Positions 36,911 to 48,982 of a stretch of 64,000 nt of DNA are shown in pieces. Each line of letters begins with the position of its first letter. Positions within the stretch are counted from its first letter, which is position 1. Position numbers and translations under genes: made by a program. The stretch covers positions 1,178,001 through 1,242,000 of the forward strand of contig OY253672.1 of NCBI GenBank assembly GCA_958009085.1, written 5' to 3'. Below the pieces are notes generated by a model, which did no database searches, was not told the origin of the DNA, and saw only the letters and a list, made by a program, of their open reading frames with translations. Source of the DNA: Protoeuglena noctilucae. Taxonomy: Eukaryota.

Positions 36911-39897
36911 TCAGAAAGACAGCAGATCGAGGGTCTTGCGCAGCAGCGGCCCCCCGTCGTTGTTGACGTGCGGCACGATGCTGGCGGGCCGCAGCCACTG
37001 CACAAAGTCCCTCAGCTCGGGACAGCTCGAGTGCTCAGAATAAGGCAAGTCGTACACCACAATCGACGCCTCGGCGGATGCCGCGCCGCCACCCTTCCTA
37101 CGCTGCACTGCGAGAGGGCGACGAAGGGCGGATGGTGACTGTGTGTCACGGGGCGTCACAGAATCTGGGGGTATGCGAAAAGTGACAGCTACAGCCAACA
37201 GCTGCAGCCACGCAGATAGGACCCATTAGTAGCAAAGCTCACCCATGGGCTGGCCGGTGCCCCGGCCCTTGGCCCCCACGGCCCACCCCGTGGGTCGGAA
37301 GGCAATGCAGGTGTTGAAGCGCCCCCGGCACCGCGACATGAGCTTGGCCAGCGCCCGCATCGTGACCCCGCTCAGCGGCATCACGTGCAGGTTCGTCACT
37401 CGCTCGTCTGTCGTCAGCAGCGCCAGGTCTTCGGGTGACAGCCCGATGCATCGCAGCACGCGCAGCTTGGCCTCCGTCACAAACACCTTCCGCTTCAGCC
37501 GCCGCGCGACCTCCAGGTACACCCGCTCCTTGCCCAGCCTGCGAGCGAGTGACGCGACGGTGGGAAAGATGCCAACAAGCGATGTGAACGACAATGACAC
37601 CGGGTAAGGCGAGAAGCAACAGAGGAGAGCGTGGAGATGGTAGCCAATGGCACTTACGTGTAGGAACCGAAGATGAAGAGGGTGCCGGCTCTCTCTCCCG
37701 CGTTGAATGCCTCGGCGCGGACGGCGTCCTCCACAAAGTCGACCACGTCCGACTGGGGCGGGAAGACGCAGTGGAGCTGGCAGAAGGTGGTGTCGAGGAT
37801 GAGCTTGCACCGGCCACGCACGCGCTGCAGCTCCGGCCACGTCGTCATCCTGGCGGGCAGGGGCAGGGGCGGCGGTGGTGGGCGGCATGACGGCTAGCTG
37901 GCAAGGAGAAACACGTGGTGACGCGAACAGGCTGCTATCTCTGGAGGAAAGAGGTAAAGCTGGGTTAGGTCGCTGAACGGGATCTGGCCGAGGACCACAA
38001 GTGCGCACGAAGGGCCGCGCAGGTCGTTGTTCGTCTCACTCCCATCGCCATCAGCCTCACTTGTCGTGGAATCGGAAGTCGCCGGTGTGCAGCACGGGCG
38101 CGCACCCCTCCTTCTCCAGCAGCACCATGGCGGCGCCCGGGCAGTGGTTGGCGTCCAGCAGCGTCAGCTGTGCCCCGTCCACCGTGTGTGGTTGGTTTAA
38201 TGGCAGAGCGCACAGGGCCTTGTCGGGGACCCCCAGGACCGTCCGCGCCAGCTCCGCGGTGATGTGCGTGCAGTAGATGGTGCCGCGATCGAACGCGCTC
38301 GTCAAGCCCTGGTAGTGGTCCTGGGAAGCGAGATGAGGGTGCGGGGTCTGAGGGTGTCTAAGGTGGTATGAGCACGGACAGATAGATGGGGTCGATAGCA
38401 ATGTGGATACTACAATACACCAACACCGATTCGTAGACTTGGCGCCGAGGCTGGCAGGCCATATCACTGCGGCGTCTGCTGTGTCTGTGCCCTCACCGTA
38501 TGGAAGTGAGTCAGGATCCACCGTCGGCACCCGATGTGTGCAAACTTGCGCTTGAAACCGTCCACCATGAAGGCCGTCCGTGCGTCCATGGCCACCAGGA
38601 CGTAGTTGGGGGGGCGTTCATTGCCCCCAGGCCTCTGAGAAGGTCGGTCAACACAGGCCACGTTGTACTAGGCTCCTGGTACAAGGGTGGTCACAACATC
38701 ACAGGACCCGTCGCGAAAATACGCGATTGCCACATATCACATTGCAATCGCCAACTCTCCCTTGCCTTGGCAGCTGCGGCCCGAGGGCGCCTGTCCGTCC
38801 CCTCCTGCACCCCATACCCGCCCTTCCCAGCCCCCCCGTGGTCCTGGCACCCTGGCCGCGGGGTCTCTGCCGCTGTCACGCCCGCGACGCCACCCTTAGG
38901 CGCCGCCCCCGACTCGGATCGGAAGAAATTCGTGATCTGCGGGGTGCCTGGCACCGTCGCCTGGGCCGGCGCAGGCGACACATCTGCAGGGGCTGGCACC
39001 AGCCACGAGGGGGCGCGCAAGACAGGGGCCAGGACGCGGTTGCCAGGGAGGGTGGCCGCGTGCCTGAGGATGGCGCGCCTGTGCTTCTGCACGCACAGTG
39101 ATGAGAACGGGCTGTGGCGGTCTGGACGAGCGTTGCTACCCAACAATGTGGCGCGCATCCTTCGGGCGATCCATGCTTTGCGGCGCCGTGCGGCCCTCGC
39201 CTTGCTGCGCACGCCGCAGGCCTTGAGGTCGGCCTCGGTCAGGAAGCGCACGCTGTCCAAATCAACCTCCTCCCGGGCCAGGCAGTCGGCGTACCGCTCC
39301 ATCTCAAACGTGTGCAGCCAGAGCTTGAGGCACCCCAAGGGATCCGACGATAGTAACTGAGGGCGCAGAATGGGCACTTGCATCGACATGCCCGCACCCC
39401 TCGCAAGCACCGACAACAGTGCGCGGGCTGGATCGCCCAAACGGTGCCCGCCGCTATCAACGCACCTTGGCGAGGGTCGCCTTCGCCGCCCTGCCGTCCA
39501 TGGCATTACTGGCCGCGTTGGCAGGCGTCGGGACCAGGCTAAGCGCCTGCGCCAGCTCCGCCACCGACGAGCCGTCCGAAAAGTCGTCCGCGAACACCGC
39601 CAGGCCGCTGGCCGACAACATCTGGTCAATCATTGGGATCCATGGGTGGTCGCGCGCTAGCTCATCGGCGCTCCGGCCCCGCAGCGCGTAGAATTCGGCC
39701 CTGCCTTCGCGGGTCAGGATGCAGCGCATCGCCCGGGCCTGCAGGAACGACTCGCCGCGGCGTCGCGACAACCATGAGGTGACAGCATTACACAGGTAGA
39801 CGCTTTCACCGCCAAAACTCGCCTTCTCGTCGAGGAGGGGGCCCGCGGCACCCGCCGCGTCCTGCTGCATCGCCAGCGGCCCCGCTGCACGCGGCAT
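36911..39897 (-). CDS. SNM1: DNA cross-link repair protein SNM1/PSO2-like (SAM domain plus metallo-beta-lactamase/beta-CASP)
   Basis: SAM: LKLWLHTFEMERYADCLAREEVDLDSVRFLTEADLKACGV. MBL motifs WILTHFHT|DHYQGL, LLDANHCPGAAMVLL, HTGDFRF, LILDTTFC, GSYT|LGKERV, AFRPTGW and PYSEHSSCPELRDFVQWLRP. The first exon (39897-~39464) splices in phase 0 to the SAM exon. Confidence 0.9.
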
Positions 39898-39905
39898 CGG
39901 GCCTC

Positions 39906-40254
39906 TCAGACCATGATTCCCATGCCTTTCAATCCCTCCTTGGCTCGGGCGATGTCGGCAGTCAGTTCATGCTGCGGGGAGGGAGGGCAGGGATGCCGCG
40001 CCCTGCACGCTGCGGCGCCAAGCCGCCGGCCTTTGCTTCCCCCGCACGCCCACCATGGCATCCGGGTAGTCCCGCATGGACACGACGCCGACGATCAGCT
40101 GAAAGAGCATGTAAACCCCAAGGCACACGAGGCAGTAGACGGGGAAGAGCTTGGCGTGGAAGCGCGACTTGGAGCTGAGCGGGAGGCTCAGCGAGTAGGC
40201 CCAGATGGCTCCAACTACCGCCGCGACGTTGAGCCACCAGAGCAAGAGCCGCAT
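39906..40254 (-). CDS. DPM3: Dolichol-phosphate mannosyltransferase subunit 3 (88 aa, 2 exons: 40254-40054 and 39971-39906)
   Basis: MRLLLWWLNVAAVVGAIWAYSL...LFPVYCLVCLGVYMLFQLIVGVVSMRDYPDAM|HELTADIARAKEGLKGMGIMV followed by TGA. Two TM helices plus the C-terminal D.P.A..EL..DI..AK..L...G pattern and length typical of DPM3. Confidence 0.88.
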
Positions 40255-40712
40255 CCGTGCTCGTGCGGTCCGGCAGCGGGCTAAGTGTGCGCGACAGGGG
40301 ATGGCGCTGCGCCGGAGTTGTCTGCGCGCAACTAACGAGCTTCCTATGCACATGCAATGGCCAGGTCAAGGCAGCTAAGGGCTCGCTGGTGCTGTCAGAG
40401 CTGCGATGCGTGTCCTGACATCGCAGAGGATCGCGACTTCACCTCCTCATGTCGGAACGGGCATCTACACGCAGCATTCCAACGCAATTCTCGGCCTCTC
40501 GCTGGCGTCCAGACGCAGCAGCTTCCTCCCGCGGCCAAGCGCTCGTTCAAACCCCAAGCTCCGCGTCTCGCCCGCGCCGGGCGCCTCGTCGGGCAGCGTC
40601 AGTACCGCCGCGCGGCTTTTCTCGTCAGCATATCGCCTTTATTGCAAGAGGGCTTTCCGAGCCAGCAAATATCCCGCTTCGGGAGCGCTGCCGTGGTTGT
40701 CACCCCGAAGCC

Positions 40713-41901
40713 ATGACGGTCCCGGACGTCGACGTGGACCAGGTATGGTGCCTACCTTCCGGCGACGATAACAAGTCATCGATACACGCTCTGTCTCGCA
40801 GCTGTCCATGCCCAGCGGATGCCCCACGCGCTCCTCCGCAGCTCCACCAGGAGGTGGCGGAGGCAAAGGCGACGTTCGATAAATGGGTCAATGCGAACGC
40901 ATCCGCGGTGGCGGCGTTGAAAGCCAAGGTGCGTAACGGGTGCAATCAGCCCGAGCGTCGGCGGTCTTCGCAATGCATGGGGCCGACACGCACGATCGAC
41001 TCCGCACGTCCTGCCCTGCAGCATCAGAACACGGCGCGGGATGCGCGGGCGACGATCCAGGCGCTGGAGTCGAGGAAGGTGCAGTTGCAAGTGGAGGTGG
41101 ACCGGCTCAAGTTGCGGCTGCAGACGGAAAAGGCGAGGCAGCTGCAGTTTCTCTTTCCACCCTCCACGCCCACGCCCCTGCGCCGCGAGACCCACCCGCC
41201 GCGATGCCGCAGGCGGAGGAGCAAAAGCTCGCCCACGAGCTGGACATCCTCCGGGCGGAGGAGGCGGAGATCCCCCGGCGGGTGCAGGAGCTGCAGCGCC
41301 TCATCGTGCAAGAGGAGGAGAGGTGAGCGGGCCACATGGTTATCAAGGCACATCTCTGTGAAAAAGCACGCTTGGTATGACGACATGAGGTTCCTTTGTA
41401 CCCCACTCACGCAGGGCCGCGCACGAGAGCTCCGCAGTGGCTCTCGCCTCGGCAGAGGTTCGGAGGCATATGGAGCACCTGCAGTCCCAGCTGCGCGTGC
41501 TGGAGGAGACACTTGGGCTTCAGATCCAGCAGGTGCCGGACAAGGGACTCCTCCGCTTCGTGTTCGTGCATCTGGACCCTTGCGACCCGCCCCGGCCCTT
41601 CTCCTTCACGCTCCAGCTCACGGGGCAGTCGACCTACGTCGTCCACGACTGTGCACCCCCGGTAAGCCGCGGGCCCGCGGCGGGCACGCGCTGCGGCAGC
41701 GGATGCCGACGCAGCTGCGTTTCTACCGCGGGCGTGGTGGTATGGGCACCGGGCGCATCACATAACACCCCACCGCCTGCCCCGTCGCAGGTGGCCGACC
41801 TGCCGGCGCTGCTGGGGGCCCTCAGCCACAACCCCAACCACTTCTTCTCCTTCGTGCGTGGCATGCGCAAGGCATTCAAGGCGGGGCTGCTCCACGGCTA
41901 G
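40713..41901 (+). CDS. SPC25: Kinetochore Ndc80-complex subunit Spc25, multi-exon
   Basis: N-terminal coiled coil, then LGLQIQQVPDKGLLRFVFVHLDPCDPPRPFSFTL...YVVHDCAPP|VADLPALLGALS...FFSFVRGMRKAFK, matching the Spc25 RWD domain. Confidence 0.9.
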
Positions 41902-42017
41902 CAGGGCGCACCCATTGAAGGTCTGGCCCGGCTGCCCGCATAGATGGGCCGCGGACGGAGTGGACAGGGACATGCAGGGCCCCTGTGGGTATGTCAAGGC
42001 ACCGAGACATGCCAGTC

Positions 42018-44042
42018 TCAAGCGAACACGGTGTCGGCAAACGCCTTCTCCCTCTTCACGACGCCGCGTCGTCGCCCCTCGTCCTCGACCTCGCGCGGGT
42101 CGCGGGGAGGCGGGTGCAGAGCTGCAGCGTGCGGGGGCTCCCAGTCGCGCACGCCGCGGCGGCTGCTGCTCCGCACCCACGTCCGGAAGGCCTCGTAGGG
42201 GTCGTACTTGCTCGGGCGGGGCTCGGCGAGACCGGAACTGCGTGAGCAGAGACGAGGCCGGCAGCGGTCGTGGTGGGGCGTGACATGGCGAGGGCCCGGC
42301 AGCAGTGTCGAAGGCTCACGTGAACGTGCCACGCAGCTCGGCCCACATGTCGAACTGGGAGCGGCCCGTCGGGGCCCGCACCCCGAGCAGCGCGTCGATG
42401 AATCCGAGGTACTTGGGCGTGGCCTTGGGCGCCTCCACTTCTCGAAGCAGGGACCCAACCATATCGTACTTGGCCACTTCCCCTCGGGGCCTGCAGACAC
42501 ACGCATGCAGGGTGCTCACACGTCGACTCTAACCATGCACACTGGCAGATGCTCCAAGCCGCCCAGCGCGTCCATAGCACCATCACAATTGTGCTGCGTC
42601 GGTGCTCCTGCCCCGCACCTGCTCCAGCCGGGGGACTGGATGACATCGCGAACCATGTCGAGCTTCGAGAGAACGCGGCCGACTTCCGGGTCTCGGAGGG
42701 GCTGGGGGCTGGTGGCGATCTCTTGGACCAAATCGAGCTTGGACAGGATGCGCCGCACGTCGGGGTCGCGCAGCACGTTCTGGGAAGTGGTGAAGGGCCG
42801 GATGACCATCGCGCCAGCCACAGCCAGGGCAGTCGCCACGTCGAGGGCCTGGCCGGCGGCGAGGGCGAGGACGGCTATGGCGCTCGGGCCGCGCGTCGTG
42901 GCGGTGGGCTGGGCAGCTGCAGTTGGGGACTCGACGGGAGCAGCAGGGGCCGGAGCGGACGTCTCCGCGTCGGTCACGGTCGTGGCTTGAGGCGTCAAGG
43001 TAGCTGGGGCGTCCTTGTCCTCGACGCCGCCCTCGAATTCTGGCGACGTCTCTTGCGACCCCGGGGTCGCTGGCGGCGCAGGCACGTCGACATCGATGCT
43101 CCGCTCCTCGGCCGCTGTTGCTGCTGCTGCTGCGCTCGGCTGGCTCTCCACTGCATCGCTCGGCCCCTCTCCCTCAAACTTCTGCGGGGACCATGGCACG
43201 CTTTACCATGTAGTCATGCGATGGTATGCTGCCATCCAAACATGCCCAGCATCCACGGGAGCAGATGCAGGGTCCAGACGGGCGCAGCGTCTTACCTCGA
43301 TGCGCGTCATCGGCGCCGCGACGGTGGCAGCCGAGGTCACGGCAGAGGCCGACGGCTGGGGCCGTGGGGTTGGGTTGTTCGCGACGGGGCGGACTGGGGC
43401 GACGGCCGGCGACGAAGCGGGGGCCGTCCGGACCGGAAGAACGGCCTCGGTGTCTCTGCTTGTGAGCTTGGCTTCCGGAGACTTTGCGTCTGTTGCTGCC
43501 TCGGAAGTGTCGGTGCGGCTCGCCTGGGAGGCCATAGAGCGGGCCCAGAGGGTGGCGAGGACGAGCAGGACGCCCGTTGCCATGGTCGCCTGGGCCACGG
43601 CCTCGACGAGGGCGCTTGACGAGAACACCGAGTCACGCACGGTCTCGGACGTCGTGCGCGCCAGCGCCGTACGCAGCCGGGCCACCTGGGCCGCTACCGT
43701 CTGCTGCACCGTCTGCATCGTCGGCGGCGGTGCCTGCACCTGGGCCGCCACGGCCGCAGATGCCGGGCGCGGCATCGGCAGGGCGACGACGGAAAGGGCG
43801 GCTGCGCCGCCGAGGAGTGCCCTCAGCAAGGGTTGCGCATGCTCCGCCCTGCTCGGCCTGACGGCCGAGAGCCTGCGGTTGAGCAAGGTAGCGCATATAG
43901 TGTTGCTGGGTCGACACACTTGAGCATAATGCGAGGCAGCGACCGGCAGCGCGACCCGCCTGGCCCCGCGAAGCGTGCACGCCCCCCCCCTCCTCGCGGC
44001 ACCGAGTGGTTGCGCCATCTGGTGCACCGTCGGCGCATGCAT
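42018..44042 (-). CDS. Unknown plastid/thylakoid-targeted membrane protein with internal repeats (at least 4 exons)
   Basis: Arg/Ala-rich transit-like N-terminus, then a hydrophobic lumen-transfer-like signal ALLGGAAALSVVALPMPRPASA|A. Hydrophobic segments, an acidic/Pro-rich linker and a 25-aa repeat follow. In-frame GT-AG splicing leads to TGA at 42018-42020. Confidence 0.65.
42640..42790 (-). repeat. 75-nt (25-aa) coding tandem repeat, two copies
   Basis: LRDPDVRRILSKLDLVQEIATSPQP followed by LRDPEVGRVLSKLDMVRDVIQSP. Confidence 0.85.
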
Positions 44043-44706
44043 GGACTTCAAAAATATATGGGCGATACGAAATCGGGCGTGAGACCCTCGCGAGGCCCCA
44101 AAGTGGTTGGATTTTTTCCCACAGAAAATCCACACGACCCGGTGCGATGGGGAGGCCCTGGGCGATCTCTCGTCCAGCACGGACACCGATGACGTTAGAG
44201 GGCCCGAATGCGGTCGATTTAGGACGTTGTTAGTCGCGAATCTCGGTTTGCCAGCAGCGTGTGTGGGTTCTTCCCCATGCACACCCTGTCTTCAAAACGC
44301 GCCGACTCTGGCCCGGCGCACCGCATACCGCGCAACTTTACATGGTTCCGAATCAAATCCCCGCCGCGAGATTGGCGGATTCGCCCCAAACTCGACGAGC
44401 CGGGCCCGAGACAGGGCCCGAGGCAGTTACACGCGTCCGCGCCCCGATTTGAAGGTTTCGAGCCCTCGCCACAGGACTTGTGAGTAGCACATTCGACTTA
44501 GAACAGGGACGAGGAAGGCGCAGGGTCCTTGGACGCCGCGATTGCCGTGGGGCACGCGGTCTTCGCGGTCCAGGCAGGAGCCGGAGGGGCCCCCTCCGCG
44601 CGTCGGTCCGTGCATCGGTGAGGAGGCGCGCAGAGCAAGGGCAAGGGGCGCTCGAGCGCGCTGCAAAGCGAGCTGTTGTTGCATCCCGCCTGGATCTCTC
44701 GCGCAG

Positions 44707-46181
44707 GATGGGGTGACCTGCCCGGGGAGCTGCATCGCGAGATCCTGCGGCTGGTGCCGCTGCGCGACGCGACGGCAGCGCGGGGCGTGTCGCCGGAGAT
44801 GCGCGACGAGGTGGACGAGCTGTGGAGGGCGTGGCGCATCCGGGCCATCAAAAAGGACGATCAGCGTTTTTTGGGATGGAACGTCTTCGGTCCGCTGGCG
44901 GTGTACGCGCATGATGGGTCGCACTCGCATCACCTGGCGAGCCTGGGGCTCTGGAGGCTGGCCCTGCTGATGGCGGAGGGGCCGGACGTCAACGGCATCT
45001 CGTGGCGTCCCGTCTCCGGAGTGAGCAGTGGAGAGCAGTCGCCGCTGATGCTGGCAGTGCAGGCGCTGCGGCATGCGGGGCGCGGGGCAGACGGGGAGGA
45101 GGAGTGGGCGTACGTGCTGGGGGTCGAGGAGGTGGCGCGGATGGTGCGGGTGGCGGTGGCGATGGGGGCAGATGTTAACCGGCGGCTGCACCGAGCATGG
45201 CCGCTGATGATGTTCTGCGTGGAGCGGGGGTGCTTGGAGGGGGTTAAAGCGTGCCTGGCAGCGGGGGCGGAAGTGGACGCGCTCGACAGCCGGGGCATGA
45301 CCGCGCTGGTGCGCGCCGCGCGTATGGGCGACGAGGCGATGGTGGAGGTGCTGCTGGAGGCGGGGGCGTCGGCCAAGGTCGGGGACGATGGCCAGGACGA
45401 CATGCTGGCGATGGTGTGCGACGTTGACCCGACTCCAGGCATCCTGAGGCGCCTGGTGGAGGCGGGGGCGGATGTGATTGGCCGAGGCATGCATGGAGAG
45501 CCCGCGAATATTGTTGCCAGGAACGGCGGTGACGTGGCCCTCATGGAGACCCTGGTGGAGCTGGGGGCGGACATCAGGTCCCCTGGGGCAGCGGGGTTCT
45601 CAGCGATGGATGAGGCGGCGACCGGGGAGCTGGTGCGGTTCTTGGCGGCACATGGGGCGAGCTTCCAGCACGACCAAAGCTTCGAGTCCTCCCTGCACTG
45701 GGCTTGCAGAAGGGAGCGGGTTGACGCCGCCTGCGCTATGATTGAGCTGGGCGCGGACGTCCACGCAAGAGACGGGGACGGCAGGACGCCCCTTCACAAC
45801 GCAGTGCAGTTTTGTATTTGCGACAAGCGGGGGGCCGTGAAGCTCACAGGGCGGCTGCTGGAGGCGGGGGTGGACGCCAAGGCCGCTGATGAGGAGGGCG
45901 TGACTCCCCTGCACGTCGTCACGTATCCGGAATGCGTGGACGTGCTGGTGGCCGCCGGGGCGGACTTGGAGGCGCGGAACAGGGAGGGTTTCACGCCAAT
46001 CTACACCATCGCCACTGAATGTCCTCTTGATTCATTCGACGGCATAAACTTCACCTCCAAAGTCGTGCTGCGGATGGCGGACCTTGGTGCAGACCTGGTC
46101 AACACGGGAGGGCGGCGAGGCTTCGTGGCGCGCAAAGTGGAGGAGCTGCGGGCCCAGCGCAGCCGCGAACAGGCCGGCTGA
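44707..46181 (+). CDS. F-box-like plus ankyrin-repeat protein; one ~1.47-kb uninterrupted frame, start codon unresolved
   Basis: F-box pattern WGDLPGELHREILRLVPLRDATAARGVSPEMR. Multiple ankyrin repeats (GMTALVRAARMGDEAMVEVLLEAGA, GRTPLHNA, GVTPLH, GFTPIY). First in-frame ATG is at 44799. Confidence 0.82.
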
Positions 46182-46721
46182 GCCTGCCAGGTGCTGCTTG
46201 GGCGCTTGGTGCGATATGAGTGGCAGCCCAGCCCTAGTGTTGGACCGTCGGGATGGCAGGCGCAGCCCTTGGCCGTCACAGCTGTCCCTTCCGCCCCGAC
46301 CCTGTGCGCAAGCATGCGACTGGCAGCCGCTGCTGGCCCGGCACCCGCAGGAGATGGAGGTGTGGCGGCAGGGGCCGGGGTGGCGTGGGCTGGCAGCGCA
46401 GTGGGCTGTCTGTGTGGTGGCACAGGGACCGCGTCACGGGCTAGAGCTTAGCTCACGTGGCAGATAGGTCTGGTGCCGGGGCAACTGCTTCTGTCTTTGT
46501 TTCCGCGGAGTGCACGCAGCAAGGCGCGCTTTCTTGTCACCCTTCGGTGCAGCCAGTTTCAAGCAGATACCGACAATCCTGAGTGTCGTGGCCGTTTCTG
46601 ACGTCATGCTTGTTTCCGCTTGCTGCCCTTCTCAAGGCAGCACCACCTAGACGTGGGCATGGCATCCTCTACGGCCGCAGCATCGGTCCCTACCGCCTTG
46701 CCTGCGGTACAACAGCGGGTC

Positions 46722-48502
46722 TCAGGACGTCACAACCCAGCGACTGCATCCATTCGAGCGGCCCTGTCGGATGCAGCCAGAGTCTCCGCCATCACCTACG
46801 CGCCGCCGCATGACGGCAGTCCCTGGCCGGGGGTGCCCCACCGCCCTCTGGGTACCTTGTGGAGGCGACGCCGACGCCGCCCCAGTCACTGCTTCGGCGG
46901 ATGCCCCGGACGCAGCTCCACCCTGCCGCCGCCCGACCTGCAGCATCGCAGGTGGCAACTCGTGTGCTGTTACGCGACGGCACGAGGGCGGGCGTGCATT
47001 GCATGCACGGCACGACAGCCACCCACCTCGTATGCCGCCCATGCGGAGAGAGGAAGCGCCGAAGCCAGGGTTACCGCGGTCACGGCAAGCCAAGGGAACG
47101 GCCTCGAGCTGGGTTTTGCTGTCGCGGGTCCTGGCAAGTCCAACGCCGCAGCAGGCGCTGGTGAGACTGACGCGACCGGCCCCGAGTCCCCATGGCCGCT
47201 GACAGCGCACGTCCCGTCGCCGACCACTAGCAGCGTAGCCGCCGGCTCCCCACCAGGATCTGCTCCCTGGACGACCCTCGCCGCCACCTCGCTGGATGGG
47301 ACCGGCGGCTCAGCACCGACGCTGCCCCGAGTCTCGGTCTCCGCCACAGCGAGGGTCCCTGCCTCGCCACGACCCTCCTGCTCGACCTCCAGCCCTCCTT
47401 GGCGATCCGGGCCTGGGCCAAGAGGCAGAGCGGCCCCCTCCACATCGCCACCAGGCATCATGGGGCACTGGACCGTGACTTTGTCTCGCATGCTCTCTGT
47501 ATCACTCGGGCCCAGACACATGGCCCTCGCATCGCCAAGTAGGAGTCGCGCCAGGCCATCCGCCGCGGCTGGGAGCGGCTGCAGGTCCCGACTCGCCGCC
47601 GTGGCCCTTTGTGCGTCGGGGGCGGAAAGTCGGGTCACCGCCGCGGTCTTAAGGGCCAAAAGGAAATCTCCGCTCGGCTTGACTCGCAGGAGTGACGTGG
47701 GGGGCGCCATAGATGCTGGCAGCGCGGGTATCACCCCGCTGTGGATGACGACAGGCGTGGAGCGCGTGCGGGTTAGGACGTGCCCGAGCCAGGCAGCGAC
47801 GAGCAGCCCCAGGAGCCCCAGCACCACCTTCCAGACCGCAAAAGTGGAGGAGTTTTTGCCCACCACCTGCGGCACCCCCTGCAGGGACAAGGGTGGGTGC
47901 AGTGCCTCATGCCCTGTGCCACGATGCAGTACCAGGATCGCTGTTGCAGACCTCTCGTCTTCCCTCACCTCAGGAGGAGCGAGTGGGGCATCCACTTCAG
48001 CAACGCAGTCCTTGAAGGGGCTTGGCCCGGGATCGCAGTCGAGAAGGGTTGGGAACAGGTGCCGGGGGAGGGCATTGCGATCGACGTTCGTCAAGTCGCC
48101 CATGACACGCTCGGCCGGGCCCCCGTCATGAGTGACGCGCTCAGAGATGGGCGACGACGCGATGGTGCTCGCGGGCTCCCATTCGGGCACTCCTCGCTCC
48201 CAGGCGGCACTGCATGAGCCAGGGCTCAGGCCGGCAGCGCGTGACACGAGCGGCTGAGGGTCAGCGCTGCGCGAGGAGAGGCGCTCGTGCGCCTCGGCAA
48301 TGATGTGCATCGTCTGCTCCATGTTTTGGCGGATGCATTGCACGTACGCCTCGATCCTCGCCCCCGAGTCGAGGTCGTCCATTGCACCCAACTGCAGCGC
48401 ACGGGCCAAACAGGTTCTCGGGGCTCAGGACAGCGCGCAAGCCTTCTTCGACACCGTCGCGAGGTCCCGAACAGCGCCCGGACGCACCCGCCGCTTGTCC
48501 AT
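46722..48502 (-). CDS. Hypothetical protein with an N-terminal helical segment and two predicted TM helices
   Basis: 479-codon ORF (46970-48409) containing FAVWKVVLGLLGLLVAAWLGHVL and WLAVTAVTLASALPLSAWAAY. Plausible flanking exons (ATG at 48502, TGA at 46722). No family recognised. Confidence 0.45.
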
Positions 48503-48982
48503 CGCGTCGAGGGCCGCCCTAGCCAGCGCAGCGTGCGCCCTCCCGCTGCAGCGCCTCGGGAGACGATGGCGCTCGCAGACGCAGCCCTCCGAGCCCTTAG
48601 TAGGTAGATGATGCACCAAGGTCCAGAGGTCGATGTCGCAGCGCTGGACAAGCGCGGTAGCTCCGTCAAAATATCTACTGTCGCGACCTCGAGCTGCGCC
48701 AGGAGGGCGGCCTTACGTCCGCTGCAAGGTGGTGGATGGTCGATTTAAGAGCGTGAAGACCTCATGCCACCACCATCAGTCGCGTTAACGATCCATCCTG
48801 GCTGTTCCCTGGCTGACCGGGGCTGGCCCTCGCCGGGTTCTCCAGTCTGACAGGGGAGCGGAGCGATCGGGCAAAGCCGGATGGCTTTGCCGCACACCTC
48901 AGCACCGATGCATCGTGCCGGCGGTGGATATCCGCGTCCACAGCGCTTGGTGTCGCCGTAGCGACCGCTGCCGCGCACGGCT

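Noticed and set aside
39360..39460. Cys-rich CRCKCPFC as an SNM1A-type UBZ zinc finger
   Set aside because: It falls inside the predicted first intron of SNM1 and is out of frame.
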